NCBI GenBank assembly: GCA_964633905.1
Contig: CAZWIT010000002.1
Coordinates: 128,833 to 192,832, forward strand
Direction of reading: 5' to 3'
Origin: an uncultured Gammaproteobacteria bacterium
Lineage (GTDB): Bacteria; Patescibacteriota; Patescibacteriia; UBA1558; GWA2-36-10
Length of the DNA: 64,000 nt
Shown piece by piece: positions 18,379 through 28,411 of this stretch. The notes under the pieces were generated by a model. It made no database searches, was not told the DNA's origin, and was given only the letters and a program-made list of their open reading frames with translations. The translations under genes and the position numbers were made by a program. Position 1 is the first letter of the stretch; every line of letters starts with the position of its first letter.

Positions 18379-21300
18379 ATGAGTTTATTTAAGAAATTTT
18401 TCGTGTATTCAGTGGTAGTTACTACAACTCTTTGGTCACTTGGTTTACCAATGGCTAAAGCTGCTGGTAGCTATCCAGCTGGCTCTTTGCTAGCTTTACA
18501 AGGTCAATCTGGCGCTGCTGTTTACGTTGTCAATGCTGATGGTACAAAATCGGTTTTCCCCGATTCTAAGACCTATATGACTTGGTTTTCTAACTTCGAC
18601 AAAGTTGTTAGAGTTCCAGTCTCAGAATTAGACATGTATCCAGACAAAGGTGCGGTAACTTACCGTCCTGGTACCAAATTGGTCACCCATGCTAATACTG
18701 CTAAAGTTTTTGCAGTTGAACCAGGTGGCGTTTTACGCTGGGTTCCTTCAGAAGCTGTAGCTGTTAGCTTATATGGTGCAAACTGGGCAACTAGAGTCCA
18801 AGATGTTATCCCTGGATATTTTTCATCCAGCTATAGCAGCACTGGATCAGATCTTTCTACTATGTATCCAACTGGATCATTAGTAAAGATGGGTACTACC
18901 ACCTATTATATTGATGGTACTACCAAACGTCCATTTGCCAATGACGCTGCTTTGACTGCTAATAACTTCAGAACTGAATTTGTTATCAATGCTACCAGTT
19001 TATCTGGTTACAGTGATGGCAGTTCAATTACTGGTGCTGAATCAGCCTTGACTGCTATCACCGGTACTGGTTCTGTTGTTGTTATCCCATCAGGTGGTTT
19101 GTCAATTGCCTTAAATGCTGGTACTCCAGCTTATAATGGTGCTACTTTGTGTGGTGGCGATGGCTTCTTATTTTCTAAGTTTAACTTCTCAGCCACTTCT
19201 GGTGATGTAGTTGTAACTGGTATGAAAGTAAAAAGAAGTAGCGTTGGTTCATACAAAGATCTTGACAAAGTTTGGGTAGTAGTTGATGGTGCTCGTCGTG
19301 GTGCTGTTAAATCTGTTAACAGTGCTGATGAAGCCAGTTTACTATTCTCAGCCGATAGTCAAAAAATTACCGTTGCTAATGGTACAACTAAAACCGTAGA
19401 ATTATGGGCTTCTTTACCAGCAACCAATGGTACAGATACCTGTTTATCTGGTAACTATAATGCCCTAGGTATTACCGAAGTTACTACTGCCTCAACTGTA
19501 AATGGTTTACCAGTTACTGGTTATGCCCAAGCAGTTTTGACAGCCGCAGCTCCAGATATGACTATCTCTCAAGGTAGTATTGGTGATACTGCTGCTATTG
19601 GCGACACTGCCGTTGAAGTAGCTAAATTTAAACTATTAAACCAAGAATCCAATGAAACATTGGTTTTCAAGGGTATTAGTTTAAAGAGCGTTGCTCCTGC
19701 TTCCGGTACTAAAGTTGCCAATGACGACTTTATTAATTTCAAATTATTAGATAACAGTAATAACGTAGTAGCTGGTCCAGTTGCTATGAGTAATGATGGT
19801 TATGTTCGTTTTAATTTGAACACACCATTTAGTATTGCTGCTGGTACTAATAAATATGAATGGTTTACTGTAACTGCTGATGCAGTTGCTGGACCAGAAC
19901 ATAAGATCACTTTGGATTTAGAAGATCCTTCAGATCTAAATGTCTACGGTGGCACAAATATGTTCCACTCAGCTGTTTCTGATAGCTATACTGCTGAAGA
20001 AGTAGCTTTAGGCAATGCTGATTTAGTAGTTGCTGTTGACAGTGCTACTAATCCAATTGCCAGAGATGTTTCTGAAAATAGCACAGTTGTGTTATTAAAT
20101 GCTAAATTCACTGCTGCCAATGGCCCAGTTAGCGCTACTGGTATGGATGTCTTATTAGAAGGTGCTGACATGGATACTGATTCTCCACAAGAATTTGATA
20201 ATTTACGTGTTTACGTAAATAATGTCTTGGTATCAGAAGCTACTGGTACTGCCTTAGGTAACACCGATGGTGATACTACCCAGACCATTAGCTTTACTGA
20301 TGATTTCAGCGTAACTGGTGTTGTGCCAGTACGTGTTGAAATTGACACTAAAGACTTACAAGGTACAACCTTGACTACTATTAGAGCTACTATTAGCAAC
20401 TTGGCTGGTACCACTAGAGATTCTGATGGCGCTGCTATCACTGAATCTGGTACTGCAGTTGGTAATTATGCCACTTTAGTAACCCCTGGTTATACTATCT
20501 ATAGATCAGCTACTCCAGTTAGTATTTCTAAAGTATTAGGTTCACAAAATGTAGATTTCTTAGGTCTTGATATTAAATCAAACAACACCACTAACGTTGT
20601 TGTTAACAAATTGAAAGTACGTTTAGTTGGTAATGGCTTTACTGCTCATCAAAATGACGTTCAAAATGTCAAATTAGTTGACGTAAATGGCAATTTGATT
20701 TCCGGACCAAAGAGCTTAAATAGTTCCAAAGAAGCTGAATTCACTGGTTTGAATTTAACTGCAACTTCAAATGGTACTAAAGTAATTGTCAGAGGTGATA
20801 TGAATTCTACTATGAATGATAGTGGTAATGTCACTTATGACACTGATGATTTATATTTTGTCGTAGTTTCTTCTGAAGCTACTGCCAATAACAACACCTA
20901 TTCTGCTAAAGATTCAGGTGGTGATACTATTGACGGTACTGCTGGTAATGAAGTAAACGTTACTTCAGGCAGAATCGATATCACTGTATCACAAACTGGT
21001 ACTTTGACTGCTACTTTAAGCAGCGATACTGCTGTATCTGCTCAATTGCTTGCTGGTTCTACCAACAATGCCATTGCTCAATACAAATTGGTAGCTGACA
21101 AAGAAAATGTCCAAGTTAAGAAATTCCGCGTTGGCTTAACCACTGGTGCAGCCGGCGAAGATGAAATTTCTCGTATTGCTTTGTATGATGGCGCAACCTT
21201 ACTAGCTGAAACCAATAGTTTCTCTGGTGCTTATACTGAATTTGATATTACCAGCAAGAATTTCTGGGTAATGTCTGGTACTGGTAATGCCAAATATTTG

Positions 21301-22230
21301 ACTGTAAAAGTAGACTTAACCAGTACTACTAATACTGTCTTAGATTCAGGCGCCACTGTGGCCGCTGTCTTAATTGACATGGAAACTTGGGGATCTGTCA
21401 ATGAAGTTGCTCCAGCTTCTGGTGCTACTGCTGACGGATTTGCCTTTGCTGCTGCTGACGATTTAGATGAAGACTTGGATGCTAGCGAAACCGAAATTAC
21501 CTTGGTTGATACTACTGGTATTTTAGCCGGTGATATTATCAAGATTGGTAGTGAACAAATTTATGTTACTACCGTCGCTTCTGCTACAAGCTTAGATCCA
21601 GTTGTTCGTGGCTTTAATGGTACTACAGCTGCTGCTCATACTGATGCTGACTTAGCTGATGATACAACTGTTGCCAAATCTATTGAAGGTAATAACTTCA
21701 AAGCCTATGGTAACAAGTTGACCATTGCTAACGGTACTTTATCTGGTGGTACTTTATCTGAATGGGGCACCTATACTGATGCCTTTAAATTCAAATTAAC
21801 TCCATCAGCTTCAGCTACTGAAGAAGCAGTGTTGAATTCCGTTAAGGTTTCCTTAAATACTGCTACTGGTATTTCTGCTGCTAATAGTACTGGTTGGTAT
21901 ATCACTGCTGTTGCTTTATACAATGGTGCTGGTACCCAACTTGCTACCAGCGCAGTTGATATCGTAGCTGCTTCTGGTGATGTAACCTTCTCTTCTTTAG
22001 CAGAACCAATTGCTACAAGTGGTGAAGAATTTACTGTCAAAGTACAAGTCGCCTTAGGTAGTGGTGGTGGTGTAATTGAATCAGGAGATAAATTAGCCAT
22101 GGCTATTGAATCTCTAGGTTCTATTTCTGCCGCTGGTGATATTGATTGGGATGATTCAGTTTCAGCTGCAATCACCTGGATTGATATGGGTAATACCACT
22201 TCTTTGGTTGGCCCAACCTTCTCTTACTAA
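18379..22230 (+). CDS. Large secreted surface protein, probable S-layer/major envelope protein
   Basis: Signal peptide, N-terminal repeated CPR-type domain, repeated beta-sandwich modules, Thr/Ala/Ser/Gly-rich, codon choice like highly expressed genes, strong terminator. Confidence 0.75.
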   Translation: MSLFKKFFVYSVVVTTTLWSLGLPMAKAAGSYPAGSLLALQGQSGAAVYVVNADGTKSVFPDSKTYMTWFSNFDKVVRVPVSELDMYPDKGAVTYRPGTKLVTHANTAKVFAVEPGGVLRWVPSEAVAVSLYGANWATRVQDVIPGYFSSSYSSTGSDLSTMYPTGSLVKMGTTTYYIDGTTKRPFANDAALTANNFRTEFVINATSLSGYSDGSSITGAESALTAITGTGSVVVIPSGGLSIALNAGTPAYNGATLCGGDGFLFSKFNFSATSGDVVVTGMKVKRSSVGSYKDLDKVWVVVDGARRGAVKSVNSADEASLLFSADSQKITVANGTTKTVELWASLPATNGTDTCLSGNYNALGITEVTTASTVNGLPVTGYAQAVLTAAAPDMTISQGSIGDTAAIGDTAVEVAKFKLLNQESNETLVFKGISLKSVAPASGTKVANDDFINFKLLDNSNNVVAGPVAMSNDGYVRFNLNTPFSIAAGTNKYEWFTVTADAVAGPEHKITLDLEDPSDLNVYGGTNMFHSAVSDSYTAEEVALGNADLVVAVDSATNPIARDVSENSTVVLLNAKFTAANGPVSATGMDVLLEGADMDTDSPQEFDNLRVYVNNVLVSEATGTALGNTDGDTTQTISFTDDFSVTGVVPVRVEIDTKDLQGTTLTTIRATISNLAGTTRDSDGAAITESGTAVGNYATLVTPGYTIYRSATPVSISKVLGSQNVDFLGLDIKSNNTTNVVVNKLKVRLVGNGFTAHQNDVQNVKLVDVNGNLISGPKSLNSSKEAEFTGLNLTATSNGTKVIVRGDMNSTMNDSGNVTYDTDDLYFVVVSSEATANNNTYSAKDSGGDTIDGTAGNEVNVTSGRIDITVSQTGTLTATLSSDTAVSAQLLAGSTNNAIAQYKLVADKENVQVKKFRVGLTTGAAGEDEISRIALYDGATLLAETNSFSGAYTEFDITSKNFWVMSGTGNAKYLTVKVDLTSTTNTVLDSGATVAAVLIDMETWGSVNEVAPASGATADGFAFAAADDLDEDLDASETEITLVDTTGILAGDIIKIGSEQIYVTTVASATSLDPVVRGFNGTTAAAHTDADLADDTTVAKSIEGNNFKAYGNKLTIANGTLSGGTLSEWGTYTDAFKFKLTPSASATEEAVLNSVKVSLNTATGISAANSTGWYITAVALYNGAGTQLATSAVDIVAASGDVTFSSLAEPIATSGEEFTVKVQVALGSGGGVIESGDKLAMAIESLGSISAAGDIDWDDSVSAAITWIDMGNTTSLVGPTFSY

Positions 22231-22276
22231 TATTTTAAGAGATAAGAATAGTTTGCTAAGTTAGCAGACAAATTAG

Positions 22277-22312
22277 CCAGCCCTGCACCGTATGGTGCAG
22301 GGCTGGTTTTTT
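22277..22312 (+). terminator. Strong intrinsic terminator
   Basis: ccagccctgcacc-gtat-ggtgcagggctgg followed by tttttt. Confidence 0.92.
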
Positions 22313-22375
22313 GTTTGAAAAATAAAAGGCTTTTTGTTATACTATAGCTACAAACTTATTAATTTAAAAAATCTT

Positions 22376-23701
22376 ATGTTTAAGAAATTATTCTTAATAA
22401 TTGGAGTTTTAGCTTTACTTGCTAATCCAAGTCTAGCTTTTACGCAGTCGCAGATTAGTAGTAATTTAGTTTATCAAGAACTAAGAGCTTATAATAAAGA
22501 TTTTGATATTTTGGCTTTGGATTTTACTTTAAATAATCTAAATGGTGATGCTATTAATGCTTTGACAGTTTATAATAGTAGAACAGCAAATAGTGATGAT
22601 ATTGCCGAAGTTAAATTATGGCTAGATGATGGCGATGGCGTGTGGCAAGGTTATTTAGTTGATCATTTGCTGGCTAGTGCTGAGCGCATTGATACTAGAC
22701 GTTGGTTATTTAATAATTTAAATACTACTATTTCTAGTAGTAAGCATTTTTATATTTCTATAGAAACTAAAAACACAGTTGTTAATCAGCATAAATTGCA
22801 ACTAGAAATAGATAGTCTCTATGATGCCAATGCTAACCAAGTTTATGATACAGGCGACACTGGTTTATTTGTGGCTTCTAAAAATAATGGCCCAGTTGGT
22901 CAAAGTTTTGTTAGTAATTATGTTTATACTTTTGAACAAAAAGGCGGGGACACAGTAGCTCCCAAAGTAGCTTTGACTAATTTAAAAAATAACGATATTT
23001 TAGCAGCTTCTAGTAGCACGAATTTTTTAAATATTAGTGGTGGTGCTAAAGACAGAATGGGCGGTACAGTAAAATTTGTAAAAATTTCAGTAGTGCCAGT
23101 CGGACAGTCTCCGCTTTGGCAAGATGTTAATGTTTTGACAGCAGACTTTGCTACTTGGGATTATACGGTAAATAATCTAGCAGCTGGTCAGTATAATGTA
23201 CAGACCTATGCTTCAGATGGGGATAGTAATAGTATTATTTCTGATATTTTGACTTTTACAGTAAATATTACCAGTGAAGATAATAATCCAGAACCACCAG
23301 CTGATAATAATCAAGATGATAATGGTCAGATTTGGTCAGGCGGTCGCTTGTTAAAAACACCAGCAACACCTGCTGTTTATTGGCTAGTTAATAATAAAGT
23401 TTATTCATTTTTAAATGATAAAATATTCTTTCAGTATTTTATAGATTTTTCCCAAGTAGAAAATATTAGCTTGGAGGAAATTGCTAACTATGAGTTAGGT
23501 AGTAGTGTACCAGTAAAACCAGGCACCTTAATCCAAAGTGTTGATTCTAATAAAGTTTATGAAGTGAATAATAAATGGCAGCGTCGTTGGTTAAAAACAG
23601 CTAGTGAAGCAGAAAGCTTGTATGGCGCTGCTTGGGAGAATAAAATTCAAGCTGTGTCTGGTGCTTATATCTTTTTATACGCAGAAGTAGAAAATCTATG
23701 A
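22376..23701 (+). CDS. Secreted Ig-like domain protein with C-terminal domain homologous to the S-layer protein N-terminus (start moved to ATG 22376)
   Basis: Signal peptide MFKKLFLIIGVLALLANPSLA; DTVAPKV...Ig-like; C-term AVYWL...F..V...VKPGTL...VYEV...RW..A.SLYGAAW. Confidence 0.8.
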   Translation: MFKKLFLIIGVLALLANPSLAFTQSQISSNLVYQELRAYNKDFDILALDFTLNNLNGDAINALTVYNSRTANSDDIAEVKLWLDDGDGVWQGYLVDHLLASAERIDTRRWLFNNLNTTISSSKHFYISIETKNTVVNQHKLQLEIDSLYDANANQVYDTGDTGLFVASKNNGPVGQSFVSNYVYTFEQKGGDTVAPKVALTNLKNNDILAASSSTNFLNISGGAKDRMGGTVKFVKISVVPVGQSPLWQDVNVLTADFATWDYTVNNLAAGQYNVQTYASDGDSNSIISDILTFTVNITSEDNNPEPPADNNQDDNGQIWSGGRLLKTPATPAVYWLVNNKVYSFLNDKIFFQYFIDFSQVENISLEEIANYELGSSVPVKPGTLIQSVDSNKVYEVNNKWQRRWLKTASEAESLYGAAWENKIQAVSGAYIFLYAEVENL

Positions 23702-24288
23702 AGTCTAAAAGAATTTTTTACATTGTTGGCGCTTTATTATTAGCGCTGATACTGGCAGGAGTTTGGTGGTTTTATCAAAAAGCAAGTAGTCCCTACCCTG
23801 AATTAAGTCCAGAAAAGATAGAGGAGTTAGGCGGACAAGCTGTGGTTGATGATTTATCTCAAAAATTAGAAAATGCTAAAAAAGAATTAGATTTAGCGAT
23901 TGATGATTATGAGTTAAATAATTTACCAGCAGATAAAAAACCAGCCGAAAAGCTTTTTATTAATGCCTCTAATCAAGCTTATTATTTGCATAAGTATGAT
24001 TTAGCCCTTTCTTATTTGCAGGATTTGTTTAAATATTATGATAAGTCGCAAGTAGCTTGGGCTAATATGGCTCATATTTATGAAGCCAAAGGAGAGTACC
24101 AGCAAGCGATTGATGCTTATCTAAAAGTTTATGAAGCTTATAGTATTAAATATATTTATGATCAGGAGATTATGCAAGACTACATTGCCTTGGGTAATCG
24201 GGATAAAGTAGCCGAAGTTTATGCTGCTTATAAGGCAGCGGGTTATAGTAGCGAGTCAGTAGAACAATATTTAAATAATAATAAATAA
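23698..24288 (+). CDS. Membrane-anchored TPR protein
   Basis: N-terminal TM; AWANMAHIYEAKGEYQQAIDAYLK TPR motif. Confidence 0.8.
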   Translation: MKSKRIFYIVGALLLALILAGVWWFYQKASSPYPELSPEKIEELGGQAVVDDLSQKLENAKKELDLAIDDYELNNLPADKKPAEKLFINASNQAYYLHKYDLALSYLQDLFKYYDKSQVAWANMAHIYEAKGEYQQAIDAYLKVYEAYSIKYIYDQEIMQDYIALGNRDKVAEVYAAYKAAGYSSESVEQYLNNNK

Positions 24289-24292
24289 ATTA

Positions 24293-24409
24293 AAAAAATC
24301 CGCTTCTCTGTCATCCTCGCGTAGGCGGGGATCTGTAATGATTTGACGAATAGTCTATCTAGATTCCCGCTTTCGCGGGAATGACATATAAAATATTAGC
24401 GGATTTTTT
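24293..24409. terminator. Bidirectional terminator whose loop contains a REP-like element
   Basis: aaaaaatccgct / agcggatttttt arms between convergent genes. Confidence 0.7.
24309..24386. repeat. CGTC-family REP-like bipartite palindrome
   Basis: tgtcatcctcgcgtaggcggggatct ... agattcccgctttcgcgggaatgaca; same family and ~78-bp length as 18031-18108. Confidence 0.85.
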
Positions 24410-24424
24410 ATTTGTTTTTTTCTG

Positions 24425-25615
24425 TTAAAATAATTTTAAATACAATTCTTCAGTTTCTCTTAAAGTCTTATCCAAGCTAAAATTAGCTTGGATATTTTGA
24501 AAATTTTGCTCAGCTAATTTTTTAGCTAAGTTTTGATCTTGGCTTATTTTTTCCATAGCCTCAGAGAGAGCTAGGGGGTTCAAGTTAGCCTTTAAGAGCC
24601 CTGTTTTCTCGTCAGTAATGATTTCAGATACACCGCCGGTGTTAGTGGCAATAAGGGGTATTTGCGCAAGCCCAGCCTCTAGAATGGTGTAGGGCAGACC
24701 TTCTTTGACTGAGGGCAGTATAAAGTAGTCAAAAGCTTTTAAATACTGCCAGTCATTATCTTGGGCAGCTACGATTTTAAAATAAGCTTCCAAATGTTCA
24801 GTCTTAATTTCTTGCTCGATTTTTGTTTGCTCTGGACCAGAGCCAATCAAAATCCAAAGATGATCTGCAAGCAGAGGGGATTTTTTGGCTTTGAGCATTT
24901 TGACAGCTTCGATTAAATAGTGGTGTCCTTTAGTGGGGTAAAAGCTAGCAATAGTACCAAAATATTTTTTTTTCGGATCCAAATTTAATTTTGCTTGCGC
25001 TTGGTATTTTTCTAGAAAATTATATTTAACTGGATCAATGCCATTGTGAACTACAAAAATTTTATGAGGGGCAGTTATTTTATTAGCAATAGCACTAGTC
25101 TTATCATATTTTGAGACAGCGATAATCAAATGTTGCAAGCCAGTAGAAAAAGTTTCTGATACCTTATAAAGCTTTTTAACATGATTTTTTAAGGGCTCAT
25201 TAAAAACAAAGCCATGAGCAGTATAGACAACGCGCATTCTAGGATTAAGGGGATTAATATTGTAGGCTTGAGCAGCAATGCTGCCTAAAAGTCCAACTTT
25301 AGAACTATTTAAGTGGACTAGGTTATATGATTGTTTATTTAAAATTTTTAGTATTTCAGGAATAGCAAATAAGTCTTGGCTAATATCAATATTACGGACT
25401 AATTTGTGGATTGGTATTAAATGAATATTATTTTGTTTAGCTAAGTTTATAAATTTTTCATTAACATTTTTAGTTTCACCATAGGCAATATGAACTTCAT
25501 TATCTTTACTAAAATGCTGAGCTAATTCTAAAACATATTTTTGAGCACCACCCCATTTAGTTTGGGTGACAATATAGAGTATCTTTTTCCCGGATAATTT
25601 TTTATTGTTTTCCAT
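24425..25615 (-). CDS. Glycosyltransferase family 4 (GT-B)
   Basis: GGAQKYV, VHLNSSK, YTAHG, VVHNGID, FILPSVKEGLPYTILEA. Confidence 0.93.
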   Translation of the reverse strand: MENNKKLSGKKILYIVTQTKWGGAQKYVLELAQHFSKDNEVHIAYGETKNVNEKFINLAKQNNIHLIPIHKLVRNIDISQDLFAIPEILKILNKQSYNLVHLNSSKVGLLGSIAAQAYNINPLNPRMRVVYTAHGFVFNEPLKNHVKKLYKVSETFSTGLQHLIIAVSKYDKTSAIANKITAPHKIFVVHNGIDPVKYNFLEKYQAQAKLNLDPKKKYFGTIASFYPTKGHHYLIEAVKMLKAKKSPLLADHLWILIGSGPEQTKIEQEIKTEHLEAYFKIVAAQDNDWQYLKAFDYFILPSVKEGLPYTILEAGLAQIPLIATNTGGVSEIITDEKTGLLKANLNPLALSEAMEKISQDQNLAKKLAEQNFQNIQANFSLDKTLRETEELYLKLF

Positions 25616-25730
25616 AATATTTTTTAGCTAAAATTAGCTAAATTATTTATTGATTTTTTTATTCAAGCTTGGTATAATTTTATAGAATTTAAGTGATTTT
25701 AGCAAGAAATTAGCGTTCTAAATAGATAGT

Positions 25731-26855
25731 ATGAAGATATTGATAGCCAGTGGTATTTTTTTGCCGGAAATAGGTGGCCCGGCTACTTATGCGGATAGAA
25801 TTGCACGAGATTTTTTAGCCTTAGGCCAGCAAGTAGAAATTATTACTTATTCAGACTCAAATACTGCAAATTTACTTTTTGATAAACAACTGCCTTATTC
25901 TGTTTATAGAATAAAAAGAATTAATAAGATTTTAAATTATTGGCTTTATTTTTTGGCTGCAATCAAGCGAGCACGATCAGCAGATGTTATTTATATTTTT
26001 GATCATTCTAGCGCAGGCTTACCGACTATGCTGGCTAATTTTTTTCTTAGAAAAAATTGCTACATTAGAATCGGAGGGGATTATCTCTGGGAGAGTTATT
26101 TAGAAAAAAGTGGAGAATTAGTAACTTTGCCAGAATTTTATAAGCAGAACATTTATAAAAAATTTAATAATTTTAAATTTAAAATTAGTCGTTTTATTTT
26201 ACTTAAGGCCCAAGGACTTATTTTTACTACTCAATACCAAGCACAGATTTTTAGCAAATATTACCAGCTTGATGCTAAGAAAATATTTATTGTTTCTAAT
26301 CCAATCCTTACTGAAAATAAAGCAGAGCGTAAAAATATTAATAAAGATATTATTTTTGCGGGCCGTTTTGTGCATAAAAATAATATTTTTACTTTATTAC
26401 AAGCTTGGCAACAAATTAAGGATCAATCTTATAATTTGCATTTAATTGGCGCTGGGCCTTTATTGCCAAAATTATCAGCTTTAATAAAAAGTAAAAATAT
26501 AAATAATATCAGTATCGAAGATAGAATTAGCCCTGAAGCATTACGGCAAAAATTAGCTACTAGCTATTTGGCAATTTTTCCTAGTCTTAGTGATATTAGT
26601 CCGAATTTAATGCTTGATTGTTTGAGCCTTGGTTTGCCTTTTATTAGTTCACAAGAAATTGGTTTTACTTGGTTAAAAGATCAGATTATCACTTTTGATC
26701 CTAAGGATCCCCAAGCTATGCTAAGGCAAATAAATTTTTTGTTAGAGCCTGTAAATTATCAAGCCTATCAAATAAAAATAAAGCAAATAGATTATCACTA
26801 TACTTATATTGCTGCGGCTCAAGATACGCTAAATATTTTTAAAGCTAGTTTATGA
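25731..26855 (+). CDS. Glycosyltransferase family 4
   Basis: MKILIASGIFLPEIGGPATY, FAGRFVHKNN, PSLSDISPNLMLD. Confidence 0.9.
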   Translation: MKILIASGIFLPEIGGPATYADRIARDFLALGQQVEIITYSDSNTANLLFDKQLPYSVYRIKRINKILNYWLYFLAAIKRARSADVIYIFDHSSAGLPTMLANFFLRKNCYIRIGGDYLWESYLEKSGELVTLPEFYKQNIYKKFNNFKFKISRFILLKAQGLIFTTQYQAQIFSKYYQLDAKKIFIVSNPILTENKAERKNINKDIIFAGRFVHKNNIFTLLQAWQQIKDQSYNLHLIGAGPLLPKLSALIKSKNINNISIEDRISPEALRQKLATSYLAIFPSLSDISPNLMLDCLSLGLPFISSQEIGFTWLKDQIITFDPKDPQAMLRQINFLLEPVNYQAYQIKIKQIDYHYTYIAAAQDTLNIFKASL

Positions 26856-27931
26856 AAGTTATTGGCTTAGGTTTAGATAAACAAATATTAAAAGCAGATT
26901 CAACTTTAGCTAAGCGAGCTATTTTTTATGCTGCCAATTTAGATGAATTTTTATTTATTTTTCCAGGCGCAGGTGCAAGATCATCTTTAACGGATAAAGT
27001 TAAGGTTTGGCCAAGTGGTTCAGACAAAAAATTGCTTAGTTTATGGTATATTTATAAAAATTTAATTAGTTTATTAAAAAGCAGGCAATATCAGCTACTA
27101 ACTATCCAAGATAACTATTTTTTGGCTGTTTTAGGCGTATATTTAGCTAAAAAATATAAAGTAAAAGTAGAGATTCAAAACCACGGCTTTGAAAAATTAA
27201 CTTGGTGGCGGCGCCTCTTGGTTAGTTGGGCTTTTAAGCGGGCTGACTTAATCAGGACAGTTAGTCAGAGCTTAGCTAATTTTTTAGAGTCAGAATTTAA
27301 AGTTAGGGCAGATAAAATTTATATTGTGCCAGTGCCACTAGATATCGAAGCTTTGCAAAAAGCGCCGCATCATTTTGATCTACATGACAAGTATTCAGCT
27401 AAATTTATTTTTTTAACAGTTGGCCGTTTAGTGGCAGTAAAAAATATTGCTTTGCAAATAAAGGCTTTAGCTGAACTTAAAGATGAACAAGTTGTGTTAT
27501 TAGTAGTTGGCGATGGTCCAGAAAAAAATAATTTAGAAAAATTAGTTCAAGATTTGAATCTAGAACAACAAGTTTTTTTCTTGGGTTGGCAAGAGCAACT
27601 AGCAGATTATTATCGGACTAGCGATTGTCTTTTACTCACTTCTTTTAGTGAAGGTTTTCCTTTGGTAATTAGTGAGGCTTTAGTTTACAATTTACCAATT
27701 GTAATGACCGATGTTGGTAGTGCCGGCGATTTGATTAAAGATAATTATAATGGTTTAGTGGTGCCGATTAATGACTTATTGGCTTTAGTGCGAGCAATGA
27801 AAAAAATTAAAAGCGATATTGAGTTAAGGCAAAAATTAAAAACCAACAGCTTGGCATCTGTAAAAAATATTTTAGAAGCAGAACAAACGCGAGCCTTGAT
27901 TCAGAGTCGTTGGCAGAGTTTATTTTTATAA
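26852..27931 (+). CDS. Glycosyltransferase family 4
   Basis: FLTVGRLVAVKN, VVGDGPEK, TSFSEGFPLVISEA, TDVG. Confidence 0.92.
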   Translation: MKVIGLGLDKQILKADSTLAKRAIFYAANLDEFLFIFPGAGARSSLTDKVKVWPSGSDKKLLSLWYIYKNLISLLKSRQYQLLTIQDNYFLAVLGVYLAKKYKVKVEIQNHGFEKLTWWRRLLVSWAFKRADLIRTVSQSLANFLESEFKVRADKIYIVPVPLDIEALQKAPHHFDLHDKYSAKFIFLTVGRLVAVKNIALQIKALAELKDEQVVLLVVGDGPEKNNLEKLVQDLNLEQQVFFLGWQEQLADYYRTSDCLLLTSFSEGFPLVISEALVYNLPIVMTDVGSAGDLIKDNYNGLVVPINDLLALVRAMKKIKSDIELRQKLKTNSLASVKNILEAEQTRALIQSRWQSLFL

Positions 27932-27952
27932 TTAGTATAAGTATTTAAATTT

Positions 27953-28402
27953 ATGTTGCTACGAAAAATAATGTTTAAATTAAAATTGTGGAAAAGATTA
28001 TTTAAACGAATCGGTGAGCACACTATTATTGCTAATAGTATTATAGTTTATCATCCGGAAAATATTGAAATCGGCAATCATACTATTATTAACGAGTATG
28101 CTTTATTAAATGGCGGCGCAGTTATAAAGATTGGTGATTATGTGCACGTGTCTTCTTTTTGCGTGATTAACACTAGTGGTTTAGATTATCATAAGATTTT
28201 AGCAGACCGCACTCATATTTATCAGCCAGTTATTATTGAAGATGGAGTTTGGTTAGGTTCAAATGCTATTATTAATCCAGGTGTAACCATCGGTAAAAAT
28301 TCAGTAATTGGAGCTGGGGCAGTAGTTACTGCTGATATACCAGCAAATTCATTGGCAGTGGGCATACCAGCTAGAGTTATTAAACAGATCAATCAAAATT
28401 AG
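27953..28402 (+). CDS. Hexapeptide-repeat sugar O-acetyltransferase
   Basis: PVIIEDGVWLGSNAIINPGVTIGKNSVIGAGAVVT..IP...AVGIPARVIK. Confidence 0.92.
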   Translation: MLLRKIMFKLKLWKRLFKRIGEHTIIANSIIVYHPENIEIGNHTIINEYALLNGGAVIKIGDYVHVSSFCVINTSGLDYHKILADRTHIYQPVIIEDGVWLGSNAIINPGVTIGKNSVIGAGAVVTADIPANSLAVGIPARVIKQINQN

Positions 28403-28411
28403 TTTTTAATT

